NCBI RefSeq assembly: GCF_009914755.1
Contig: NC_060930.1
DNA length: 64,000 nt
Source: the human T2T-CHM13v2.0 reference genome, Homo sapiens
Strand: one strand, 5' to 3'
Positions within the stretch are counted from its first letter, which is position 1, and every line of letters starts with the position of its first letter. Of this stretch, positions 51,271 to 63,420 are shown one piece after another. The notes beneath the pieces are model-generated. The model did not search any database. It worked only from the letters and a program-made list of their open reading frames with translations, and was not told the origin of the DNA. Position numbers and translations under genes: made by a program.

Positions 51271-54200
51271 AGCATTCTGTGTTTTTTTTTAAAAAAATGA
51301 AATAGAGTAGTGGAAAAAATCATAACATTGTAAAGAAAGAGAAAAGAGAGGAGAGACAATGAGAGGAGAGGAGAAAGAAAAGGAAAGAGGAAAGTTTAAT
51401 AGAAGACCCCATGTACCACTGACTCAAAAGAAGAGACCAATAATATATGTATTTAAAAAAGAAGGAAAGGAAATTTGAAGAAATTTTTATTTCTAGATAA
51501 CTCATGTTTTCCTTTAGGAAAGAAACTGAGATATTTTAAGTATGTGTGTAATGAGAGGCAGAAGAAAAATGAAACCTACAATTTGCAGAACACATGATTT
51601 GCTGGTACAACGTACCATTAATCTGTTGATAGTTTCCATCCTAATTTTATCTACATCAAACACTGTTTATGAATGAACTATCTTTTTTCAAAATCATGTG
51701 TTTAATCATACGGTAATGCTTATCATGGGGGACCTTGTAAAATGCTTTTCCTAAAGTCTAATGTGAATCAAAATTAGTTTCTTTTTTAATTTTATGAACT
51801 TCTGTTAACATAGCAAAGCTTTTGCAAGAAAGTCTATATCAGATAGATGGAAGCAAAAAGACAAAATTTTCCTTCATAGAAAAACTAAAGATAGGTATTG
51901 AATGTAAAATAGTATAAAATAGCCTTTGTGAATACAAATACTTTGTATACTGAGCTTTTTCCCTGCAGTCATAGATATATTTAGTTATTGCAACTGTTTT
52001 TCATTCATTAATATTTCATATTCAGTTACAGTGACACTCATTTCACCATAGGCTTTTAAAATTATAGTCATGAAATTTCATCCTACTCCAAAAAAGAAAA
52101 GATAGTTCTCCCATTAAGTGAAACCTGTTAAGTGTCATTTCCACAGCCTGCAAACCTCATAATTCTCATTGCATATCTAGCAGTCTTCCTCCATTTCTCG
52201 GCAGCAAATCATTAGCTGAGAACTAATTATCATTCACACTAACCTATTTTCACAAAATGTGTTAGAAGAAATTTACTGGTCTACCTGAAGCATTATTAAA
52301 GAATTGTTACCAAACTACATTTGTCAAGATAAATGAACACAGTACACTTTGTGATATGATCTTCATTTTCAATCATGTTTGCTGGCTTGTTCACTAATTC
52401 ATACAAATCAGTAATTGGCAATAGATTTCTGTCATTTATGTAAATTTGGCCTGGCCTTCTGTAGCTTTAGTATACCAACAAGCCTAGAATTTTGTAGCTA
52501 TTTTTAACACTTAAAATGTAAATGTAAACACCTGTTTGTCAAATACACTTTTGTTATTTTTGACATAACATAATACAGTGTACATTAGCGGAGAACATGT
52601 TTATAATACTTAAGAGAAAGCAAGATATTTCTAAAAAGGAGTTACTATCTTTCAAATTTGATAGAATAAAATTAAAAGGTCCTAAATAAAATAATTACCA
52701 AAAATCAAAGGCAAATGAGAACCTGAGAAAAATATGAAAGCTAACTAGATAAATTTATGGATATACAAAAACACAAATGCACCAATAAGGTAAGGATTGA
52801 CAGCTCAATGTACAAAACAGCAAAATAAAACAAAATATAAATGGAAAAAGAACTTGAAAAAATGATGACTTTTATTATTATTAAACAATGCAAAATAAAA
52901 TAACAATGAAGTATTATTCACCTAAACAAAATCTTAAAATATATTTAGATTTGATATGAATGAACAAAGGCAGTCTCTCAGACACTGTTAACAAAAGTAT
53001 AAAATTATATACTATTTTTTGATAAATGCTTGGAAAAATACAAAGGAAAAAACCCTAAATATGCTTTCTCATCAATCAAGCAAGTTTGTGTACATGTAAT
53101 ATATGTAATATAAGTTTGTGATTTGTGCATGTTTTCATGCGTAGAATGTCACTACATATTTATATTGGCCTACTCTGGAGTGTCGGATTCACATAGACTT
53201 TTAGTTTTTGAAGAAAATGGCAAGACTAGAAATTTTACTTTTACCTTAAGTTCTTTTGTTCTTTATTATAGCTTAAATATAAAAAATGAAAAGGTACTAA
53301 AGGTAATGATGATTTTTAAATTGTTACTATACTTTCCCTAAATGATGATAAGTTTTTGTTCCTCTCTTACCATTCATATTTAATAAGAAAAATATATTTT
53401 AATCTCTGTTTTTCTAGTTCAAAGTTAAAGTAGCAAGATATAAATAGGCTATGTTTTTTCATCTACAATGCCCAGAATCATCTCATGTTTACACGATATC
53501 TATTTTAACCTTTTAAAAAAATGTATACCATGGGCATACAAGACATTTACTGAGAAGTCAAAATTCTGTCAATTCCTAGCCACAGAGAGAGAACTAATAC
53601 TGAGAATACTCTCTATCAAATAAGACAATCCATTGCAGGGATTTCCTTACAGCAAGGAATGAAAAATTGGTAAACCACATCCTTATTACCTCAAATAATA
53701 AATGTAAAATTACCACCGGACAATCAGGCTTATTATCAGGGAATGTAATTAGACCTAATTACATTCCAGACTTATTTTCCCTAATATTTTATTCTCCTGG
53801 TACTCATGCATATTGATTATACCACATAATCACAGGCGTACTGACTTGTTGCCTTTTAATTGGTCTCTAGTGTTTCACTGATATATAGTTCTTATCACTG
53901 TAGGGCTGTTTTGTTTTTTTAATGCATTTCCCACATTCCTTAGTAAAATTGACAATCAGGAAATGTTTCTGTAATGAAAACATAATGAAGGAGAAGCAGT
54001 TCAGCATAGCCTATTAAATCGCTTAACTATACAGAAAGAAATCCAACATGGAAGGTAAGATTCTAGTGGTCAATTGGATAACAATAAGAGAAGATTAAGC
54101 GATAGTTGTATAGGGAAGGATAAACCAAGGAATCTAGGTCCAACGAATTAAATAGAAAGTGAGGAATGGTCACATTAAAACAACTTTGAATAAATGCCAT

Positions 54201-55194
54201 ATCTAGTCATAGGAAGAGGGGGAAAATAATGCCAGGTGTTTACATGGCTTATTTTTCAGGACTAAGTATACGCATTTTTAATGACCTATAATAAAATACA
54301 AAAATATCATGAGTTCCTCTTATTGAAAGGACAACTTTGTCAGATTCAGTGTTTTTCCGTTGATTCTATGCATACTTTTTACAATCTTTTTTAAAAATTT
54401 CAAACAACAATAGGGATACATTTTCTAAATCACTTCTTTATGCTTTGATCATTGTAACAGTATATATACTGATCGATGTCATACTGTAGGATTGAACAGA
54501 AATTTAAAAATAATGAAATTAAGTGTCAGATAAAATCACATGTATATGAAAAGCCTTGAAAATTGCAATGGAAAGTGTTACTCCATAGGCAATATATGTG
54601 ATATGCAACTTTCAAATATCTGGAAAAATTATAATCTTACTATACCCAATTTATTCAATCTTATCCACTGAGGGATAGTTCCATGCCAAGATTAAAATTT
54701 TAATGGCTATTCTATGCATCACCTAAATTGCATTATGAAAAGCTTCTAGGAATTCAATGACTAGGAATTCTAGGAATTCAATGTCTAGCACTCAGTGACA
54801 AATCATATATGTATATATTTTTTTACTTTTAGTTATTGAACAGTCACTTTTATTTATTGAACAATTTGACCTACACTATATTTGTTTCTATGTGTAATCA
54901 ATAACAACCATAATGTTTTCCTGAAGTTGTTTAAATTGCAAATACCTTTCCTTTTCTCTATGAAAGCGGAATGTGATTCTTTTCAAATACAGAAAAATGT
55001 AAATGTAAGAAAGTGTGAGTTGAGATTGTTATCTTTGTGAGGACAGGAACTCATCTTTGTATGAGTATGGATATAAATCCAGGTTGAATCCCAAAGTGGT
55101 AGTTTTGTTACATATGCTTCACATAACTTGCTGATTCATATAACTTCCTAATTCAGGACTAGAGTTCAGTAAAATGTATTTCTCTCTTTCTCTA

Positions 55195-55318
55195 CACACA
55201 CACACACACACACACCTGTATATATGTGTATATGTTTGTGTATACACATACATATATGTATATATGTATGTTTGTGTATACACATACATATATGTATATA
55301 TGTATGTTTGTGTGTATA
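55195..55318. repeat. (CA)n microsatellite followed by a 36-bp TA/TG/CA tandem repeat
   Basis: atgtttgtgtatacacatacatatatgtatatatgt repeated a little more than twice. Confidence 0.85.
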
Positions 55319-56424
55319 GATTTTATGTACATATGCACATATGTAAATGTAAAATAAAATTCAATTTTCCTATACTTACACAGAATTATTTTTTCATAAG
55401 TAAGGAATTATAATTATCTGATCAATGATTCCTTATGTTTTTCCTCATGATAGGGAATAAGATTTAATAAAAACATTCACTCTGTTCAGATGCACCTCAG
55501 AATCCTTTTCAACACAAAATTTCAGTTACCATTACCAATATACTGAAAATGCTATTATAAGAAAAACATTCATAATGTAATAACTACAATAATAATTTGT
55601 TTCCAATATTTTAAAAGTTGTGTTATCAACTATTATACTCATTTCATAGAAAGCATTTGTAAGTTTCCTTTGTTTTTCTATGTTTCTGAACATATCAGTG
55701 AACCTTGATATCAACTATTGAGATCATTTAGTCTTTAAAGGTTTCATGTTATTTGGTGCAAATACATACACAGACTGTTAGAACCATTGTGAATTGTAAT
55801 GAATAAGGGTATGTTTACTTCATTCAATATTTTCTCACCAAAATCTAACATTTCTGATAACAGAAAATTCCACTTTCATTTTGTTTGCAGTCACCTGTAG
55901 GCTTTTGCTCACCTGTTTATTTTAATGTTTAAGAATCAACTTTCATAGGTAGATGTCTATAGCACAAAATTTGTGAGCCAATGTAGAAATAATTTTAATA
56001 GGTGAGCCATTCTCATTTACATTATTGATACAACCAGTATATATGTAAATATTACTTTCACTTTATCTAACTCTTTAAATAATATGTGTTTGTTTTTGTG
56101 TGATGATTTAGTTCTAATATTTAATACAGTTCACATTTTTATTCTAGAGGTTACATTAATACTATTTGCATATAATTTATTTTGTTTCTTGTTTTTAGAC
56201 ACTGTCTACTGATTTCTTACTCTGGCAAAGGAAATTTATTTGTTACCTCTATGTCTACCTCTGTTCTTTTTCCTGTACCACCCAATTTTATTTAATGACA
56301 TTATATTACTTAATGTTTATCATTTAATATACTTAACATATTGCTATTTATTGGATTTAAGTGACATTTTATCTGCCACCAATTACCTAAATGAAAATCA
56401 CTTGGATTATTCTTTTTTATTGTT

Positions 56425-56820
56425 AGAACATTTTATTTTATTTATATATATATTTTTATTATACTTTAACTTCTAGGGTAAATGTGCACAATGTGCAGGC
56501 TTGTTACATATGTATACATGTGCCATGTTGGTGTGCTGCACCCATTAACTTGTCATTTACATTAGGTATATCTCCTAATGCTATCCTTCCCCCCACCCCC
56601 CACCCCACAACAGGCCCTGGTGTGTGATGTTTCCCTTTCTGTGTCCAAGTGTTCTCATTGTTCAATTCCCACCTAAGAGTGAGAACATGCAGTGTTTGGT
56701 TTTTTGGCCTTGTAATGGTTTGCTGAGAATGATGGCTTCCAGTTTCATCCATGTCCCTACAAAGGACATGAACTCATCATTTTTATGGCTGCATATTATT
56801 CCATGGTGTATATATGCCAC
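56425..56820 (-). mobile_element. Short L1PA (PA5-7-like) 3' end
   Basis: atactttaacttctaggg...gtcatttacattagg...ggtgtatatatgccac. Confidence 0.92.
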
Positions 56821-56943
56821 CTATATTTGTGTAATTTTATTTCCAAATATGAATTTCATTTCCAAATATGAATGTTTTCCACCTATTAAATATATTTGAT
56901 GTTCGTCAACAGTCCCAGTGTTGAGGTTTCCTAATCACATTAG

Positions 56944-57394
56944 TGTCAGGCCTCTGAGCCCAAGCTAAGCCATCATATCCCCTGACCTGCACGTACACAT
57001 CCAGATGGTGGGTTCCTGCCTTAACTGATGACATTCCACCACAAAAGAAGTGAAAATGGCCTGTTCCTGCCTTAACTGATGACATTCCACCACAAAAGAA
57101 GTGAAAATGGCCTGTTCCTGCCTTAACTGATGACATTGTCTTGTGAAATTCCTTCTCCTGGCTCATCCTGGCTCAAAGGCTCCCCCACTGAGTACCTTGT
57201 CACCCCCATTCCTGCCCACCAGAGAACAACCCCCCTTTTTCCTTTACCTACCCAAATCCTACAAAACGGCCCCACACCTATCTCTCTTCACTGACTCTCT
57301 TTTCGGACTCAGCCCGCCTGCACCCAGGTGATTAAAAGCTTTGTTGCTCACACAAAGCCTGTTTGGTGGTCTCTTCACACAGATGCGTGTGAAA
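56944..57394 (+). promoter_or_regulatory. 5' LTR7
   Basis: tgtcaggcctctgagcccaagctaag...gtgaaa; three 51-bp-period U3 repeat starts; TATA position reads cctacaaaa. Confidence 0.96.
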
Positions 57395-57396
57395 TT

Positions 57397-57414
57397 TGGT
57401 ACCGTGACTCGGAT
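57397..57414 (+). other. Primer-binding site, tRNA-His
   Basis: tggtaccgtgactcggat; one mismatch to the canonical tggtgccgtgactcggat. Confidence 0.93.
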
Positions 57415-59276
57415 CTGGGGACCTCCCTTGGGAGATCAATCCCCTGTCCTCCTGCTCTTTGCTCCATGAGAAAGATCCACCTACGACCTCAGGTCCTCAG
57501 ACTAACCAGCCCAAGAACATCTCACCAATTTGAAATCCAGTAAGTGGCCTCTTTTTACTCTCTTCTCCAACCTCCCTCACTATCCCTCAACCTCTTTCTC
57601 CTTTCAATCTCGGTGCCACACTTCAATCTCTTCCTGCTCTTAATTTCAGTTCCTTTCATTTTCTGGTAGAGACAAAGGAGACACGTTTTATCCGTGGACC
57701 CAAAACTCCGGCGCCAGTCATGGACTAGGAAGGCAGCCTTCCCTTGGTGTTTAATCATCACAGAGATGCCTCTCTGATTATTCACCCATGTTTCAGAGGT
57801 GTCAGACCACGCAGGGATGCCTGCCTTGGTTCTTCACCCTTAGCGGCAAGTCCTGCTTTTCTGTGGGAGGGGCAAGTACTCCAACCCCTTCTCTCCATGT
57901 CTCTACCCCTTCTCCACCTTTCTGGGGGGCAAGAAACCCCCAACCCCTTCTACTTCACCCTTAGCAGCAAGTCCCACTTTTCTAGGGGAGGGGCAAGTAC
58001 CCCAACCCCTTATATCTCTGTGTCCCGATCCCTTATTTCCGTGCCCCAACCTCTTATATCTCTGTGCCCTGATCCCTTATTTCTGTGCCCCAACCTCTTA
58101 TATCTCTGCACCTCAATCCCTTATTTCCATGCCCCGACCTCATATCTCTGTGCCCTGATCCCTTTCCCACTTTTCTGGAGGGTAAGAACCCCCGAACCCC
58201 TTCTCTCCATGTCTCTACTCTCTCTTTTCTCTGGGCTTGCTGCCTTCACTATGGGCAAACTTCCACCCTCCATTCCTCCTTCTTCTCCCGTAGCCGGTGT
58301 TTTTAAGAACTTAAAACCTCTTCAACTCTCACCTGACCTAAAATCTAAGCATCTTATTTTCTTCTGCAATGCTGCTTGACCCCAATACAAACTTGACAGT
58401 AGTTCCAAATAGCCAGAAAATGGCACTTTCAATTTTTCCATCCTGCAAGATCTAAATAATTCTTGTCGTAAAATGGGCAAACGGTCTGAGGTGCCTGATG
58501 TCCAGGCATTCTGTTACACATCGGTCCCTCCCTAGTCTCTGTGCCCAGTGCAACTTGTCCCAAATCTTCCTTCTTTCCCTCTCACTTGTCCTCTCAGTCC
58601 CAACCCCAAGGGTTGCTGAGTTTTTCTAATCTTCCTTTTCTACAGACCCATCTGACCTCTCCCATCCTCCCCAGGCTGCTCCTCGCCAGGCCAAGCTAGG
58701 TCCCAATTCTTCCTCAGCCTCTGCTCCTCCACCCTATAATCTTTTTATCACCTCCCCCCCTCACACCCAGTCTGGCTTACAGTTTCATTCCCTGAGTAGC
58801 CCTCCCCCACCTGCTCAGAAATTTCCTCTTAAAAAGGTGGCTGAAGCTAAAGGCATAGTCAAGGTTAATGCTCCTTTTTCTTTATCAGACCTCTCCCAAA
58901 TCAGTGAGCATTTAGGCTCTTTCATCAAATATGAAAAACCCAGCCCAGTTCATGGCTCGTTCAGCAGCAATGCTGAGACACTTTACAGACCTAGACCCTA
59001 AAAGGTCAAAAGGCTGTCTTATTCTCAATATACATTTTATTACCCAATCTGCTCCTGACATTAAATAAAACTCCAAAAATTAAATTCCGGCCTTCAAACC
59101 CCACAACAGGATTTAATTAACCTCACCTTCAAGGTGTACAATAATAGAAAAAAGTTGCAATTCCTTGCCTCCACTGTGAGACAACCCCCAGCCACATCTC
59201 CAGCACACAAGAACTTCCAAATGCCTAAACCGCAGTGGCCAGACATTCCTCCAGAACCACCTTCCCCAGGGGCTTG

Positions 59277-60176
59277 ATCAGGCCTCCTCCCTTTCCTACA
59301 CATCGAGCTCAGGGATTTGCCCCTGCCCAGGACTGGCAAATTGACTTTACTCACACGCCTCAAGTCAGAAAACTAAAATATCTCTTAGTCTGGGTAGACA
59401 CTTTCACTGGATGGGTAGAGGACTTTCCCACAGGGTCTGAGAAGGCCACCGTGGTCATTTCTTCCCTTCTGTCAGACATAATTCCTCAGTTTGGCCTTCC
59501 CACCTCTATACAGTCTGATAACGGACCAGCCTTTACTAGTCAAATCACCCAAGCAGTTTCTCAGGCTCTTGGTATTCAGTGGAACCTTCATATCCATTAC
59601 CATCCTCAATCTTCAGGAAAGGTAGAATGCACTAATGGTCTTTTAAAGACACACCTCACCAAGCTCAGCCTCCAACTTAAAAAGGCTTGAACAATACTTT
59701 TACCTCTTGCCCTTCTCAGAATTAGAGCCTGTCCTCGAGATGCTACAGGGTACAGTCCTTTTGAACTTTTATATGGATGCACTTTCTTGCTTGGCCCCAA
59801 CTTCATCCCAGACACCAGCTCTCTAGGTGACTATCTTCCAGTCATCCAACAGGCTAGATAGGAAATTCATCAGGCTGCTAATCTTCTCTTGCCTATTCCA
59901 GATCCCCAGCCATATGAAGACACCCTAGCTGGACAATCAGTTCTTTATAAGAATCTGACCCCTCAAACTCTACAACCTCGATGGACCGGACCCTACTTAG
60001 TCATCTCTAGTACCCCGATTGCCATCGGCCTGCAGGATCCTCCCCACTGGGTTCACCATTCCAGAATAAAGCTGTGTCCATTGGACTGCCAGCCTAATCC
60101 CTCCTCTTCCTCCTGGAAGTCGCAAGTACTCTCCCCTACTTCCCTTAAACTCACTCATATTTCTGAAGAACAGTGA
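59277..60176 (+). pseudogene. HERV-H integrase remnant
   Basis: WQIDFTH...IQSDNGPAF...SSGKVE (D,D,E present); stops at 59688 and downstream; GPY-type C-terminal motif RWTGPYLV. Confidence 0.93.
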
Positions 60177-60470
60177 TAACCCTTATGAGCCTAATACATC
60201 CCTTCATTCTATTAGATCTGTTCATCCTTACCCTACATTTTCAACAGGGCTTTACGATGTCACTCCCACCACTTGGGCCGAGCACCAAAAAACTTGTCAT
60301 CCCTACTATTTTCTGTCTAGTCATACTCCTATTCTCCATTCTCAACTACTTATAAATGCCCTACTCTTGTTTACACTGCCGGTTTACACTGTTTCTTCAA
60401 GCCATCACAGCTGATATCTCTTGGTGCTATCCCCAAACTGCCACTCTTAATTCCCTCTTAGAGTGTGTAG

Positions 60471-62225
60471 ATGATCTTTGCTGGCAGGGCACTCTCCAAT
60501 ACTTCCACCCTGATGAAGTTCTATTCTTTACTTTTATACTCACTCTTATTCTCATTCCTATTCTTATGCCACCCTTTACCTCTGCCCAGCTATCTCCACC
60601 ACACTATCAACCTTACCCATTCTCTCCTAGCCACTTCTAATCCCTCCTTAGTGAACAACTGCTGGCTTTGTGTTTCCCTTTCTTCCTGTGCCTACACAGC
60701 TGTCCCTGCCTTACAGACAGACTGGGCAACATCTCCTGTCTCCTTACACCTCTGAACTTCCTTTAACAGCTCTCACCTTTACCCTCCTGAAGAACTCATT
60801 TACTTTCTAGACAGGTCCAGCAAGACTTCCCCAGACATTTCACATCAGCAAGCTGCCGCCCTCCTCTGCACTTATTTAAAAAACCTTTCTCCTTATATTA
60901 ACTCTACTCCCCCCATATTTGGACCTCTCACAACACAAACTACTATTCCTGTGGCCGCTCCTTTATGTATCTCTCAGCAAAGACCCACTGGAATTCCCCT
61001 AGGTAATCTTTCACCTTCTCGATGTTCCTTTACTCTTCATGTCTGAAGCCCAACTACACACATCACTGAAACAATTGGAGCCTTCCAGCTCCATATTACA
61101 GACAAGACTTCTATCAATACTGACAAACTCAAAAACGTTAGCAGTAATTATTGTTTAGGAAGACACTTACCCTGCATTTCACTCCATCCTTGGCTACCTT
61201 CTGCTTGCTCATCAGACTCTCCTCCCAGGCCCTCTTCTTGTTTACTTATACCCAGCCCCGAAAATAACAGTGAAAGTTTGCTCATAGATACTTAATGTTT
61301 TCTCATACACCATGAAAATTGAACCTCCTCCTCTATGCAGTTACTCCATCAGTCCCCATTACAACCTCTGACAGCTGCCGCCCTAGCTGGATCCCTAGGA
61401 GTCTGGGTACAAGACACCGCTTTCAGCACTCCTTCTCACCTTTTTACTTTACATCTCCAGTTTTGCCTCACACAAGGTCTCTTCTTCCTCTGTGGATCCC
61501 CTACCTACATGCGTCTACCTGCTAATTGGACAGGCACATGCACACTAGTTTTCCTTACCCCCAAAATTCAATTTGCGAATGGGACGGAAGAGCTCCTTGT
61601 TCCTCGCATGACACCGACATGACAAAAAAGAGTTATTCCACTAATTCCCTTGATGGTCCATTTAGGACTTTCTGCCTCCACTATTGCTCTCGGTACTGGA
61701 ATAGCAGGCATTTCAACCTCTGTCACGACCTTCTGTAGCCTGTCTAATGACTTCTCTGCTAGCATCACAGACATATCACAAACTTTATCAGTCCTCCAGG
61801 CCCAAGTTGACTCTTTAGCTGCAGTTGTCCTCCAAAACCGCCGAGGCCTTGACTTACTCACTGCTGAAAAAGGAGGACTGTGTATATTCTTAAATGAAGA
61901 GTGTTGTTTTTACCTAGATCAATCTGGCCTGGTGTATGACAACATAAAAAAACTCAAGGATAGAGCCCCAAAACTTGCCAACCAAACAAGTAATTATGCT
62001 GAATCCCCTTGGGCACTCTCCAATTGGATGTCCTGGGTCCTCCCAATTCTTAGTCCTTTAATAACCATTTTTCTCCTTCTTTTATTTGGACCTTGTATCT
62101 TCCGTTTAGTTTCTCAGTTCATCCAAAACCGTATCCAGGCCATCGCCAATCATTCTATACTACAAATGTTTCTTCTAACAACCCCACAATATCACCCCTT
62201 ACCACAAGATCTCCCTTCAGCTTAA
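60471..62225 (+). pseudogene. env: HERV-H env, full length (584 codons), five in-frame stops
   Basis: MIFAG...signal peptide, CWLC, *QKR furin site, fusion peptide, ISD LQNRRGLDLLTAEKGGL, CX6CC, TM anchor, ends PQDLPSA; all pieces lie in one frame. Confidence 0.96.
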
Positions 62226-62385
62226 TCTTTCCCACTCTAGGTTCCCACACTGCCCCTAATCCCACTCAAAGCAGCCTGAGAAACATCGCCCATTATCTCT
62301 CCATACCACCCCCCAAAAATTTCACCGTCCCAACACTTTACCACTATTTCATTTTATTTTTCTTATTAATATAAGAAGACAGGAA

Positions 62386-62783
62386 TGTCAGGCCTCTGAG
62401 CCCAAGCTAAGCCGTCATATCCCCTGTGACCTGCACGTACACATCCAGGTGGCCTGTTCCTGCCTTAACTGATGACATTCCACCACAAAAGAAGTGAAAA
62501 TGACCTGTTTCTGCCTTAACTGATGACATTGTCTTGTGAAATTCTTCTCCTGGCTCATCCTGGCTCAAAAGCTCCCCCACTGAGTACCTTGTGACCCCCA
62601 CTCCTGCCTGCCAGAGAACAGCCCCCCATTTTCCTTTGCCTACCCAAATCCTATAAAACAGCCCCACCCTATCTCCCTTCACTGACTCTTTTCGGACTCA
62701 GCCCGCCTGCACCCAGGTGATTAAAAGCTTTATTGCTCACACACAGCCTGTTTGGTGGTCTTTTCACACGGATACGCATGAAA
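62386..62783 (+). promoter_or_regulatory. 3' LTR7
   Basis: tgtcaggcc...gcatgaaa; two U3 repeat starts; cctataaaa TATA; attaaa poly(A) signal. Confidence 0.96.
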
Positions 62784-62814
62784 GTTAGTTTAATAAAGCT
62801 GATCCTTCAGCACG

Positions 62815-63020
62815 GTGCTGTTCTGTATAGCTTCCTCCAATGATGGAAATGTGGTGGTGTCAAATATGGTAGGCTCTAGTGGATGTTATCTATTGAGTAC
62901 TTGAAATCTGGCTAATGTAATGAGGAGCTGAATTTTTAATATAATTTTATTTTTGTTAATTGAAATTAAAATTCATTTTGGCTACATAGAGCTGGTAGCT
63001 ACTGTATTTCACAGTAGTAC
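62815..63020. mobile_element. MER3-like hAT DNA transposon
   Basis: aatgatggaaatgt...aatatggtagg...ctattgagtacttgaaatctggctaatg...tggtagctactgtatt. Confidence 0.7.
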
Positions 63021-63189
63021 AGCTCATAATATCCTACAAAAATAGCTCATGGGAATAATATGAATTATTTTCTAGCATATTCAATATTGTTTGTCATTAA
63101 CTGTGTACTTGATAGATTGCTCAGTTGAACACAAAATTGTCTAATCACACTTTGTTTTACTAAAAGTATTGCCAAAATCCCAACAAAAT

Positions 63190-63420
63190 TGTAAAGGATT
63201 CAGGGTGGGTAGAATTCATAGTACCCCTATCTAAGCCCTCTGTAAAAATCAACATGTCATAGTAGATGAGAGTGAAGTACCAAAACATTAACCAAGCAGT
63301 AGCTCCAATTGCAGCTACTGTGCTGTATGGTACATCTACATTGGAGCAGATCAGCACAACTTCTTTTGCTTCAAGGGTGACTGTGGTGACTGTAAATGTG
63401 TTCTTCTCAGTACCTGTAAT
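63190..63420 (+). mobile_element. Ancient ERVL-class pol (RT) fragment
   Basis: MRVKYQNINQAVAPIAATV...LEQI...VNVFFSVPV resembles ERVL RT MTVDY.KLNQVV.PIAAAVP...LEQIN...ANAFFSIP. Confidence 0.65.

Larger units (their letters stand above)
56944..62783 (+). mobile_element. HERV-H provirus (LTR7 - gag relic - deleted pol/IN - env - LTR7), 5.84 kb
   Basis: Two LTR7s, tRNA-His PBS, PPT aagaagacaggaa (62373-62385), 5-bp TSD attag / gttag, IN and env homology. Confidence 0.98.

Noticed and set aside
55174-55413. ORF with YVCVYTYIYVYM repeats
   Set aside because: Translation of a 36-bp microsatellite-derived repeat.
57744-58379. 211-aa ORF and short direct repeats in the HERV-H leader
   Set aside because: C/T-rich leader repeats are a normal HERV-H feature; non-ATG start; not a CRISPR-like array.
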